64,000 bases of DNA, from contig CAVPZX010000004.1 in assembly GCA_963710375.1 (NCBI GenBank), positions 1 to 64,000 on the forward strand. The letters run 5' to 3'. This stretch comes from Nitrospirota bacterium (GTDB taxonomy: Bacteria; Nitrospirota; Thermodesulfovibrionia; Thermodesulfovibrionales; Dissulfurispiraceae). The notes beneath the pieces were generated by a model. The model did no database searches. It saw nothing but the letters and a program-made list of their open reading frames with translations, and was not told where the DNA came from. Positions 29,722-39,587 of this stretch are shown one piece after another. A program made the translations under genes and the position numbers. Position 1 is the first letter of the stretch. Every line of letters starts with the position of its first letter.

Positions 29722-29838
29722 TCCCTGTAAGCTTCCTGTCACATCGGTAGGAGGGTTAAGCTTAACGTCAGTTGCTATTTCCCCATTTCGAGCAGTAGGA
29801 ACGGGCAGAACCGGATTCAGGAAATCGAATAACTTCTT

Positions 29839-29931
29839 TTATCTTCTGCGAGATGCCCTTGTCAGCCTGCGAAGTTTCTTATGTTTGTGTTTACGCATTT
29901 TCTTTTTGCGCCATTTTACGACGTTCCCCAC
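29839..29931 (-). CDS. 30-aa basic bS22/mS38 (AURKAIP1/COX24 domain)-like ribosomal protein
   Basis: MGNVVKWRKKKMRKHKHKKLRRLTRASRRR; GTG start after an AAAGGAGGTG RBS; absent from the ORF track. Confidence 0.85.
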   Translation of the reverse strand: MGNVVKWRKKKMRKHKHKKLRRLTRASRRR

Positions 29932-29951
29932 ACCCTCACCTCCTTTTATGA

Positions 29952-30053
29952 AATTTTGAATTTTGAATTATGGAAAATTTTTATCTCGGATTCTGGAATG
30001 AGAAAGTCTCTTTCCTTCCTTAATTTAACATTCAAAATTCAACATTCAAAATT
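29952..30053. repeat. Hairpin of inverted heptamer repeats (AATTTTG/CAAAATT type)
   Basis: aattttg x2-3 versus ttcaaaa/ttcaaca units; contains the stop codon of the activase gene. Confidence 0.72.
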
Positions 30054-33000
30054 TGTTGTTCGTATTTGTAGTTATCGCCTGCATAAATGCCTCGAGCTGA
30101 AGCATAGTGGCAAGCGACTCACTGCCGTCATAGGGAATGCTGATGCATGGAATGCCGCATTCTCTGCTTACGGATTTTAATAGCGCAGTTACTATAGTAC
30201 CCGGCATACAACCGAACGGCATGGCATTAATGATGCCCGCGGCTCCCTTTTTAACAAGGTCGATTACCTTGCCCACACTTAAAACAGCTTCACCCTCAAA
30301 CGATTCATGGAGAAAGGGCGATGCGTTATCCAATATCTCCATGGTTACCGGTTCTTCAAGCGTCTTCAAAAAGCCGCTAAAGCATCGGCCATATCTATGT
30401 TCTATTCGCTTCTGGAAATACCTTTTTAGAGAGATATTCATCATATCAGACCAGCGCCTTTTAATCAAGGCCTTTCTGAACGAAATAGTATTGACATAAT
30501 ACAGCCATTCTTCGACAGGGGCGAGCCACACTTCCCCGCCGAGTTCCTCTATCTTATGCACCAGATCCTCGTTGGAAAACTTATGCGTTCTGACAAAAAT
30601 TTCACCGATGACACCGATGAGCGGCCGTTTCTCGTTGCGCAGTGGTACTGAGATGAAATCATTGCGCATGGCCCTTAAAAGGTCTGCCATATTCCCATTG
30701 CCGGACCGGCAGAGTGCCGAATATATCTTGTCCTTGTATTCCTCGTGAAGCTGCTGGGAATCCCCTGCCTCGTGCTCATATGGCCGCGTCTCATGCAGGC
30801 ACTTGGTCAGCAACTCATAAGCTATGACGCCTTTCCATGCCGTCATGGAGAACTCGCTTCCGGCTATGCTCAGTTCCCGGTAAAACGTCACATCCTGTGT
30901 AGGAGCAAATATCGGGACATCTTTCAATCCGATCTTCTCGAGCACAAGCTTATGTGAAATGTGATACTGGCCAAACCTGCAAGGCCCGGTCCCGGAAGGC
31001 ATAAAAAAAGCCGACGCATCTGGTATGAAATCATGGGAAAATACCCTCCTGAGCATATCTCCGGTCGTTACGAGATATGGATAACACTCCTTTCCCGATA
31101 CATACTTTCTGCCTATGTCTAACGCTGTCTTATCTGATTCGGGCAGGACCTCCGCTGCCACTCCGCACCTTTCAAATGCAGCTTTGACCGCAAAGGAGTG
31201 GTCAGACATATTCGGTATAAAAATAGTGCGCCCCTTTAGGGCGGAAGACCGGAACTGAGGTAAACGAACCGGTGAATCGGCGAATCGGCGAATCGGTGCA
31301 AAAGACAAAAGATTATTTGTTTTTTTCTCCGATTCTCCGATTCTCCCTTTCTCGGTTTCATTTCTTTGGCGTTGCTGCGCTATGCTGTCCAGGAAGGCCT
31401 CGCACCGCGTAATCGCGCCAGCATCAGCACTGTGCTCGTCTATCTCAATGTGCAGAAATGGCTTGTCAGCCATTTCCTCTTTGAAATATTTGAGTATATA
31501 TGAGTCAGGGCCGCAAGAGAAATTTCCTATATAAATTGCATAAAGATGTGGGGTATTCCTGATAATCCGGGCTGCGTTCAGTATTCTTTGTCCCGACCTC
31601 CAGTACATATTAGGCCAAGCATCATTAGTCCGGACTTCTCCGAGCGGAAGCATATCCATTGGTACGGAAATGGTGTGGATTGCAGAGAGTTTCCCGGGGA
31701 TGCGAAGATTGACCTCAGGATCAAACGCATTATAGGCACGTCCGATTATCACTGCTACTGCCTGCGTTCCTGAAGCATACTGCGACAATAATTCCCTGCC
31801 TTTCCGGTCCACTGAAGTGGAAAATTCCTCCTGCACAGTTCCGGCATGTCCCATGGCCCGGTCAATATCTTTTTTTCTGATACCGAATTCCTTAAAGCTT
31901 CTGTGCAGTTCTCTCTTAAGGTAATCCATTCCCCTGCTGAAATCTACAATAGGGGTGATGCGCCTGGCTCCTTTGATTGCAGCCTTCGAGACATAAGGGA
32001 TGGTCTGTGTATGAGGACATGCAAGACCCGTAGGGTAGTCTTTTCCGCCATGACTCACGTCAATAAAGCTGGGAATGAAGAGCGCATCTATGCCCGCATC
32101 CACGAGGTATTTTATATGACCATGTGCGACTTTTACAGGAAAACAGGCTTCCGAAAGAACATTCTCAACACCCAGCTGCACTATCTGCTTATTCGTCTTT
32201 GGAGAAACTACTACCTCAAAACCGAGTTCCCACAGAAAAGCCGTCCAGAAAGGGAGATAATCATGAAAAAAGAAAATGTAAGGTATTCCTATTTTTATTT
32301 TTTCATCTCCCTGTTTCTCCGTTTCCCCGGGTTTCTGAGCCATCCTAGCCAAGTGCGTCTTCCAGAGCATTTCCTCCCTGTATTCAAAGGGGTCAGGGAG
32401 CGATAGAGTTTTGGACCGCCTGACGTCATAGCGTTCGCACCTGCCTCCGTAAAAGAGGTGTTCTTCTTCGCCTTGTATCTTTACCCTGTTTATCTCACAT
32501 ACATTTGAACATCCTTTGCATTCAAACGAGGCAATCTCATACGGACGCTTTGAAAGGGAAAATCCTTTGAACCTGGTTCTCTGTTCAGCAGCCGGCAGCA
32601 GTTTCATGTGCCTCATTGCAATAAGGGCCATGCCGATGGCTCCGGTAACATCGTGATTTGGCGGTACAGTAATACCTGTGCCCAGGTATTTCTCAAAAGC
32701 GGCCACAACAGCCTTGTTAAAGGCGACACCGCCCTGGAAGAAAATATTCTTTCCGATAGGTTTTCCTGCAATTACCCTATTTACATAATTCTGCACAATT
32801 GAGTAAGCAAGTCCAGCCAGGAGGTCATCTCTTGCAGCCCCCCTTTGAAGGTTCGCCATAAGCGAATTTTCCATAAAAACTGTGCAGCGCTCGCCAAGTC
32901 TGCAGGGCCGCTTTGAATGGAATGCGAGAGCCGCGAATTCATCTTTCACCGGGATTCCGAGTTTTTCAGCCTGTTCCTCAAGGAAAGAGCCTGTTCCAGC

Positions 33001-34302
33001 CGCGCATGCCTTATTCATTTCAAAGTCAACAATAACCCCTTCTCTTATAGAAATATATTTTGAGTCCTGCCCGCCGATCTCAAATATTGTGTCAACAGCA
33101 GGATTGATAAAAATAGCAGCGGTTGCCTGGGCCGTGATCTCGTTCTTGACAATATCTGCGCCTACGTAATCGGCGATCATGTATCTCCCCGAGCCGGTTG
33201 TTCCCACTCCAAGAATGTCGACTGTGTTTCCCACCTCGGCATAAAGCTCATCGAGACCCTTCATGACGGCGTCAATAGGCCTTCCGGCAGTCATAAGATA
33301 CCGTTTGGCGATAAGCGTGCCATGCTCATCGACCAGAGCAAGGTTAGTGCTTATAGAGCCTATGTCTATCCCCATATAAGCACCTGTATGCTCCTCTGTA
33401 AATACAGGGGTCCCTCCGTTCTTTCTATCCCGGCCGGGCAGGGCTGCTGCTGAGAAAAGAGGCTGGTGTCCCTGATCATCAAGCCTGGCTGACGAGAGGA
33501 AGGCATCGAGGGCATAGGGATCATAATCGTTGATGAAGTGATCATCCATGTCCTTAAGAGCGGCGCCTAGCGCTCCCATAAAGAAGTGATCCTCAGGGAT
33601 GAACAATTCATCAAGTTCAAAAACCTCTTTAAAGGCACGCACCATCCCCTTGTTTGCTGCTACGCCGCCCTGAAAAGCAACAGGAAGCTTCAGGTCTCTC
33701 CCTTTAACAATACTGCTCTTGAAATTCCTTGCAACTGCGAAACATAAACCTGAAACAATGTCCTCCATAGGGGTCGCAATCTGCTGGAGATGTATCATGT
33801 CGGATTTTGCAAAAACACTGCATCGTCCCGCTATCTTTGCGGGCCTTGCCGAGTGCACAGAAATTTCACTGAACTCTTCTATGCTCATTCTCAGTCGCTC
33901 AGCCTGCTGCTCAAGAAAGGACCCGGTACCGGCAGCACAGACCGAGTTCATCGAAAAGTCCGTGATTTGTCCGTCCTCCATCAAAATAAGTTTTGAGTCT
34001 TCGCCGCCGATCTCTATAATGGTATTAATGCTGGGGAATAATTTCTTGACGGAATAGGATTGTGAGATTATCTCGTTGAGGTACTTTATTTCCAGCCTAG
34101 AGGCGAGCATTTTAGCAGCCGAACCCGTAAGAGAGAGTCCGCTTGCGGGATAAAGCTTCTTTGCTTCTTTCAAAAGGGTTGCGGCGGTACCGCCGGGGTG
34201 GCCGAAATGCCTGACATAATCCCTTCTGAGCACGTTCCCGCGCGCATCAAGGACAACAAGCTTAATAGCGACCGATCCGGCATCAAGACCGATAAAATAC
34301 AT
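30046..34302 (-). CDS. Acyl-CoA dehydratase activase-like fusion (two BcrAD/BadFG ATPase domains plus DUF2229-like domains)
   Basis: GLDAGS and GIDIGS; EIGGEDSK and EIGGQDSK; CAAGTGSFL twice; FSCGPD, GKECYP and PFGCMP. Start moved to MYFIG, which has an RBS. Confidence 0.9.
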   Translation of the reverse strand: MYFIGLDAGSVAIKLVVLDARGNVLRRDYVRHFGHPGGTAATLLKEAKKLYPASGLSLTGSAAKMLASRLEIKYLNEIISQSYSVKKLFPSINTIIEIGGEDSKLILMEDGQITDFSMNSVCAAGTGSFLEQQAERLRMSIEEFSEISVHSARPAKIAGRCSVFAKSDMIHLQQIATPMEDIVSGLCFAVARNFKSSIVKGRDLKLPVAFQGGVAANKGMVRAFKEVFELDELFIPEDHFFMGALGAALKDMDDHFINDYDPYALDAFLSSARLDDQGHQPLFSAAALPGRDRKNGGTPVFTEEHTGAYMGIDIGSISTNLALVDEHGTLIAKRYLMTAGRPIDAVMKGLDELYAEVGNTVDILGVGTTGSGRYMIADYVGADIVKNEITAQATAAIFINPAVDTIFEIGGQDSKYISIREGVIVDFEMNKACAAGTGSFLEEQAEKLGIPVKDEFAALAFHSKRPCRLGERCTVFMENSLMANLQRGAARDDLLAGLAYSIVQNYVNRVIAGKPIGKNIFFQGGVAFNKAVVAAFEKYLGTGITVPPNHDVTGAIGMALIAMRHMKLLPAAEQRTRFKGFSLSKRPYEIASFECKGCSNVCEINRVKIQGEEEHLFYGGRCERYDVRRSKTLSLPDPFEYREEMLWKTHLARMAQKPGETEKQGDEKIKIGIPYIFFFHDYLPFWTAFLWELGFEVVVSPKTNKQIVQLGVENVLSEACFPVKVAHGHIKYLVDAGIDALFIPSFIDVSHGGKDYPTGLACPHTQTIPYVSKAAIKGARRITPIVDFSRGMDYLKRELHRSFKEFGIRKKDIDRAMGHAGTVQEEFSTSVDRKGRELLSQYASGTQAVAVIIGRAYNAFDPEVNLRIPGKLSAIHTISVPMDMLPLGEVRTNDAWPNMYWRSGQRILNAARIIRNTPHLYAIYIGNFSCGPDSYILKYFKEEMADKPFLHIEIDEHSADAGAITRCEAFLDSIAQQRQRNETEKGRIGESEKKTNNLLSFAPIRRFADSPVRLPQFRSSALKGRTIFIPNMSDHSFAVKAAFERCGVAAEVLPESDKTALDIGRKYVSGKECYPYLVTTGDMLRRVFSHDFIPDASAFFMPSGTGPCRFGQYHISHKLVLEKIGLKDVPIFAPTQDVTFYRELSIAGSEFSMTAWKGVIAYELLTKCLHETRPYEHEAGDSQQLHEEYKDKIYSALCRSGNGNMADLLRAMRNDFISVPLRNEKRPLIGVIGEIFVRTHKFSNEDLVHKIEELGGEVWLAPVEEWLYYVNTISFRKALIKRRWSDMMNISLKRYFQKRIEHRYGRCFSGFLKTLEEPVTMEILDNASPFLHESFEGEAVLSVGKVIDLVKKGAAGIINAMPFGCMPGTIVTALLKSVSRECGIPCISIPYDGSESLATMLQLEAFMQAITTNTNNKF
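31266..31359. repeat. Hairpin of inverted octamer repeats, in frame inside the activase CDS
   Basis: gaatcggc-type x4 and ttctccga-type x4. Confidence 0.8.
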
Positions 34303-34715
34303 TGTTCTCCCCACATGGAACTGACTCATATACTTCTTCAATTTGCTCTGTAGTGTACAGGCGTGAAGGATATCCTATTCCAAAAATACCATATCCCAAG
34401 TCTTTTGAAAAGGCAGGTGCCCCTTCGAGACGCGAAAACCGGATTCCTGCCGTACTTGTCTCATAGTCGCCCTGTATGCTGAAATTTTGCAACAGGTCAT
34501 GGTAGTATACCGATAATTAATCCAAAAAATCGTTATATCGGAGATGCTGCGGGTCCAAGGGAGTATGAATGCCGAATGGCGGACGTGTTACATTCACTTC
34601 TGAAACTCTAAAATAGAGCTGTAATAGGATTGTAGTTTGACTCTGGTATGATGACCTGATAAACTTCAGCAATGAGGATGAAAAATGTTCTGGAAAATAA
34701 AAAGGCGGAACACTG

Positions 34716-36402
34716 GTGCCGTTTAATACCGTTCCCATAAAAGATTTCGTCAACCGGGAGAACGAGCTTGAATTACTTGAGGCGCTTTTCCGATCTCCGG
34801 GGTCGTACTATGGCAGGTAATATACTGCTGGAAGGGACACGGGGTATAGGCAAGACAGAACTTATCAAGCAGACATTCCGAATAATTTTCTGGGGGGACA
34901 AGAATATTGCTCCCTTTTATTATTTGTTCCAGCGGGGAATACTGAAAGCCTCTTATTTTGCGAAAGATTATTTCACGAGATTTGTGAGGCAATATCTTGC
35001 TTATCTCAAGAAAGACCCCACTTTTATCGACGGAATGGGCACGTCTCTGACGCGGCTCTTTCCGTTAATTGCTTCTCTCAGAGTCGAATGGATGATTGAT
35101 CTCATCGAAGATTTTCAGGACCATGTGAAAAACGACGATCCTTACGGTCAGGTACTGGCGGCAATTTCAGCGCCTGTCAGTGCGGCAGGCAAGAGCGGAA
35201 GGCCTGTATTCATTATGCTCGATGATTTTCATATGGCTGCCCAGCTTTACGAAACTTCTCCAGGTGATTCCCCGGGTCTCATAGGCCTGTTCGAAAGCTC
35301 TATGAGAAACTATCTTTGTCCGCACGTGCTGACAGGTTCTCCGGAGGGCATACTGGAATCTATTTTTACCGATAATTCCTTCAGAGGCATGGCAGAAAGA
35401 ATGTTCCTCGGGCAGCTCCCGGAGGATGCTGCCTATGCCCTTTTCAAGCGGTACTGCGACGATCTGCAGATAACTTGCGATAAGGAAACCATGCTCAAAT
35501 TTGTAAGAATCCTGGGCGGTAATCCGCTTTATATAAGGAATATAGTCCGGGCAATCTGGAAAATGGAGAAAAGAAACATTACGGACCTCGATATTTGGGA
35601 GATTTACAGTTTCGAAATATCCGGGGGAGAGACCGCGTTCTACTGGTCGTCAATATTGGGAGAGTTCATCAGGGATGCAGGACAGCGGAGGATAGCTGCT
35701 CAACTGTTTATGCATTTGATCAAGTCGGATAGCGAGTTCCACGATACAGGACGGCTCGCTAAAATACTTGCAGTGCCGGAAGCCTCGGTCAGGTCAGTCC
35801 TCGAATCTCTTCAGATGGCCGGCATTATCCAGGGAGTGGCCAACATAAGGCATTTGAAGGACAATGTGCTGCAGGATTTTATGCAAAGCCTCTATTTGAG
35901 AGAAGTGGAAGGCGTGAGATTGCGGCAGATACAGGAGTTGATAGAGGCAAGATATTCGTCGATAAGCGCGGCCGCCGCGCCCTCATATGAAATGGTCATC
36001 CCAATGACTTCAAACGCTGAACTGGTCGCTGCAAAAGCGGTTGAACAGATAGGCAAGAATATGAACATCGCTCCTGATGTGATAAAACATATCCAGCTCG
36101 CGCTCATCGAGACTTGCCTCAATGCGATCGAGCACAGTGGCAGTTATGACAAAAAGGTGACGCTTAAATTTACCACATTGGCGGAAAGGCTCGAGATAAT
36201 GATCGAGTGCCCGGGCAAGTTTTTTGATATCGAAAATATCGAAGAGGTTGCTGTCGAGGAAAAATTGCGTTCCGAGCATAAAAGAGGCTGGGGGATGAAG
36301 CTTATTCGCACGATTATGGATGAAGTCAGAATAGAGAGAATAGAAGACAGGACAAGGATAGTCCTTATAAAAAACATAAAACCTAGCGAGGTGCTCAGAT
36401 GA
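34716..36402 (+). CDS. STAND/archaeal-type P-loop ATPase-wHTH fused to an RsbW-like HATPase kinase domain, +1 frameshift near 34768
   Basis: FVNRENEL in the upstream frame from GTG 34716; GTRGIGKT, IMLDDFH, LTGS and GGNPLY; then ETCLNAIEH and RGWGMKLIRTIMDEV. Confidence 0.8.
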
Positions 36403-36797
36403 GTGTTACAAACGGTTTTAAAGTGACTTCAACACGCATAAGCGACGTGGCGGTTCTTTACCCGCAAGGGTATTTGAACAATATCGCCGGAGAGAACCTC
36501 GTGAAGGAATGCACCGCCTGTCTTGAAAGTGACGTCAGGAAAGTCGTATTGAACTTCAGGGAAACGGATTATATCAACACTATCGGTATTTCAATGCTGC
36601 TTGGCATTATCGAAAAGCTGAGAGAAGCCGGGGGGACACTTTGTTTTACCGAGATGAGCAAGACATATAGCGAAACTTTCGAGATGCTCGGACTTACAAA
36701 ATTCATACTTGTCTTTCCCGACGAGAATGCGGCCATAAAATATTTGAGTGACGGAAATACGCATGGCCGTGGAAATCGGGATGGCGGAGTGTGTTAA
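36399..36797 (+). CDS. STAS-domain anti-sigma-factor antagonist
   Basis: VVLNF..TDYINTIGI and TFEMLGL; ATGA overlap with the upstream gene. Confidence 0.88.
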   Translation: MSVTNGFKVTSTRISDVAVLYPQGYLNNIAGENLVKECTACLESDVRKVVLNFRETDYINTIGISMLLGIIEKLREAGGTLCFTEMSKTYSETFEMLGLTKFILVFPDENAAIKYLSDGNTHGRGNRDGGVC

Positions 36798-36837
36798 TTA
36801 TAAATCACTATACTGACAGGGGGCTGAATTAGCTGTG

Positions 36838-38001
36838 ATGAATCAGGAGAATAATTCCGTATTGGAAAAAATCAGAGAGGGCTATGGCCTTCCCGTGCTG
36901 TCCCCGATTGCCCTGCGCCTCAGGGAACTTGCTTCAAGCGAGACTGCTTCAATTGATGATCTGGCTTCTCTGATGGCAAAGGACCCGTCCCTTGCCGCTC
37001 GACTGCTGAGGCTTGCGAACGCAGCATTTTTCGGAAACGAAGGACAAATTACCACCATAGAAAAGGCAATTATGAGGGTTGGCTTTATGCATCTCCGGAA
37101 TATGGCCCTTTCTATTTCCCTTAGGGACGCATTCCCGATGGGTAAGGTTGGCGCGATGGACTATGAAGAATTCTGGAGGTCGTCCCTTTACAGGGCCATC
37201 ATCGCACGAAGTCTCGCAAGGACAAAGAAAACATGCAATCCTGAAGAGGCATTTGTTGCCGGACTGACGCTTGAGATAGGATCGTTAATCTTTTTTGACC
37301 TGTTTATAAAGGGTAAAAGCGATTTCATGCCAGGGCCATATCCCTTTGAGACCCTCATTGAATGGGAACAGGAACAATTCGGAGTCAACCATCGTGATAT
37401 AGGACACCAGGCGCTCAGGTACTGGAATTTTCCTGAAATTATCCTTGAATGCCAGGATGCTTGCCTCAATGAAAAACGGCAGGACAGAGTCCCTCCCCTT
37501 GCTCTACTTTGTGATGCGGCACGCAGGTTTTCTTATCTGATCAGCGAACAAGGGGCTGGATGGCATGTTATGTTCACTGAAGTTGAGACGATTTACGGTA
37601 TAAAAAGCGAGGTGCTTACGCCGCTTCTCGTGTCGGCATTCAATGAGGTTCAGGAAATTTCAGAGACCCTGAAAGTGAATATGAGCAGGGAAGGCGACCT
37701 CATAAAGCTCCTGGAGAAGGCGAATTTTACGCTTCAAAAGCTGATACTGACAATGACAAAGTGGATTTTTTTTGTGTTCAATGGGAAGGGCCTGGACGGA
37801 TCGCAACTAATGGCCCAATACTCGCTGACAGAAAGACTGCAAATGGTCGCATTCGAAATCAAAAAACCGCTCGAAATAATACGAGAATTTATCGACAACC
37901 TTGTTCCCTCAATCAGTCCCGATTCCAGGGAGTGGAGTCATGTCCAGGCTATTACTGAAGAAGTGAAGAAGGTCGAACTGGCAGCCCTGCTGTTGAAATA
38001 G
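36838..38001 (+). CDS. HDOD-domain protein with a C-terminal degenerate HisKA-like helix pair
   Basis: LPVLS, DPSLAARLLRLAN, FW..SL, AFVAGL and WNFP; tail VAFEIKKPL. Confidence 0.85.
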   Translation: MNQENNSVLEKIREGYGLPVLSPIALRLRELASSETASIDDLASLMAKDPSLAARLLRLANAAFFGNEGQITTIEKAIMRVGFMHLRNMALSISLRDAFPMGKVGAMDYEEFWRSSLYRAIIARSLARTKKTCNPEEAFVAGLTLEIGSLIFFDLFIKGKSDFMPGPYPFETLIEWEQEQFGVNHRDIGHQALRYWNFPEIILECQDACLNEKRQDRVPPLALLCDAARRFSYLISEQGAGWHVMFTEVETIYGIKSEVLTPLLVSAFNEVQEISETLKVNMSREGDLIKLLEKANFTLQKLILTMTKWIFFVFNGKGLDGSQLMAQYSLTERLQMVAFEIKKPLEIIREFIDNLVPSISPDSREWSHVQAITEEVKKVELAALLLK

Positions 38002-38002
38002 G

Positions 38003-39226
38003 TTACCTTCCGCCTCCGGCGTCAGTAAGCAGCTTTACAATATCCTGGAATTTTCTTTTTGCAGCCGAGTTAAGTGCGGTCTCGCCGCTGTCATCCTGTG
38101 CATCAAGAGCACAGCCCCCTTTGCTAAGCAGCATTTTTACGACATCAGTGTATCCATTGTCCGCAGCAACAATAAGGGATGTCCTTCCGCTTTCGTCAAC
38201 AGCATTTATATCGGCGTTTTTATTCAAAAGCAGTTTGACAATATCGGTGTTGTTCCTTTCAACGGCAACATCAAGGGGTGTTCTGTCAAGATCGTCAGCA
38301 CTATCAATTGCGGCCCCTTTTTTTATCAATATTTTTGCAACGTCGGTATTGCCTTTGTTGACAGCCATCAGAAGGGGGGTAACGCCGTCACTGTCAGCGG
38401 TTCGGACATCGACACTCTTGCCGACCAGCGCTTTCACCATGTCATTATTACCCTTCTCGATTGCAAGGAGAAGCGCCGTAGTGCCGTTGTCATCGGCAGC
38501 ATTGATGTCAGCCCCCTTGTCGATCAAAAATTTGGCCAGTTCAGCCTGGTCGCCTAAAAGTGCTGCCATAAGAACTGTGACTCCATCATTATTTGAACTG
38601 CTGACTGCGGCCCCCTTCTTTACCAGCATCTTTGCAAGTTCAGCGTGGCCGTGATAGGCGGCAATAAAAAGTGCTGTCCTCCCGGTATTGTCGTTTTCCT
38701 CAATATCAGCCCCCCTTTCAATCAGAAGCCGGGCAACAGCCAAACGCCCTCTCAATTCCGGACCAGCCCTTACTTTGTCTGCCCGGTGCGCGCGATCAAG
38801 TTTTTTTTCCAGGACATCAAGGGCATGTATCAGAACGGTCCGATCGGCATTATCACGTGCGTTGATATACGCTCCGCTGTCGAGCAGTATATTGACGCTC
38901 TCGACATTGCCTTTATCCGCCGCAATCGTCAGTGCGGTTCTGCCGCTTTTATCGATATCGTTGAGTCCAGCTCCTTGCGCAAGCAATAACTTCATTATTT
39001 CGGCTTGATTAAACGAGGCCGCAAGCATCAGGGGGGTCACGCCATTGAGGCACAGCTTAATATCAGGATCAGCTCCCTTGTCCAAAAGGCTTTGCACCTG
39101 CGGTAAATTCCCGTTTACTACTTCATCGCAGAGCCGGACGTTGACAATTGTGCCTGATAAGGCCGGCAGGCAGGAAACGATAAGCAGCAAGCCTGTTGTC
39201 ACAACGATGTTCATTAAATGGCGCAT
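38003..39226 (-). CDS. Exported ankyrin-repeat protein
   Basis: Signal peptide; about 10 repeats of G-T-[PA]-L-x-x-A...L...GA-x-I-N. Confidence 0.93.
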   Translation of the reverse strand: MRHLMNIVVTTGLLLIVSCLPALSGTIVNVRLCDEVVNGNLPQVQSLLDKGADPDIKLCLNGVTPLMLAASFNQAEIMKLLLAQGAGLNDIDKSGRTALTIAADKGNVESVNILLDSGAYINARDNADRTVLIHALDVLEKKLDRAHRADKVRAGPELRGRLAVARLLIERGADIEENDNTGRTALFIAAYHGHAELAKMLVKKGAAVSSSNNDGVTVLMAALLGDQAELAKFLIDKGADINAADDNGTTALLLAIEKGNNDMVKALVGKSVDVRTADSDGVTPLLMAVNKGNTDVAKILIKKGAAIDSADDLDRTPLDVAVERNNTDIVKLLLNKNADINAVDESGRTSLIVAADNGYTDVVKMLLSKGGCALDAQDDSGETALNSAAKRKFQDIVKLLTDAGGGR

Positions 39227-39272
39227 AATGCAGTATGAAAGGTAGAGCTTTGGTGGATTACTTTTTTCCGGT

Positions 39273-39482
39273 TTATACGGTCTGCTGCTTAAACTCTTTC
39301 ATAATTTTTTTTATTTCGTCTGAACTCTTCGAAACGGTGCGGGTCTTTTCGCCACGCAAGTATTCCCCTTCGTACACGTCCCAGTTGCCATGCTGGTTTG
39401 CAACATATTTAACTCCGTCGGCGTCATAGCACGTTACAAATACATTGGAGTAAAATGATTTTACGTAATCCCTCTTGATCAT
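39273..39482 (-). CDS. Small hypothetical protein
   Basis: AGGAG RBS before MIKRDY; protein-like composition. Confidence 0.6.
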   Translation of the reverse strand: MIKRDYVKSFYSNVFVTCYDADGVKYVANQHGNWDVYEGEYLRGEKTRTVSKSSDEIKKIMKEFKQQTV

Positions 39483-39587
39483 ACTATTTCTCCTGCCGGA
39501 TATTAAGGAATCCAATGTTGTTATTGTCTCCAAGTCATTATACGTTTTCGGAATGCATTTGTAAATACCTCGGAAGTTCCTGCGTCC

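Noticed and set aside
29722..29838. Possible structured ncRNA between the MerR gene and the bS22-like gene
   Set aside because: Only weak pairing and no family signature.
34283..34753. Two same-frame minus-strand ORFs separated by one TAA, as a possible pseudogene
   Set aside because: No recognisable motif or RBS, and they overlap both flanking gene starts; left unannotated.
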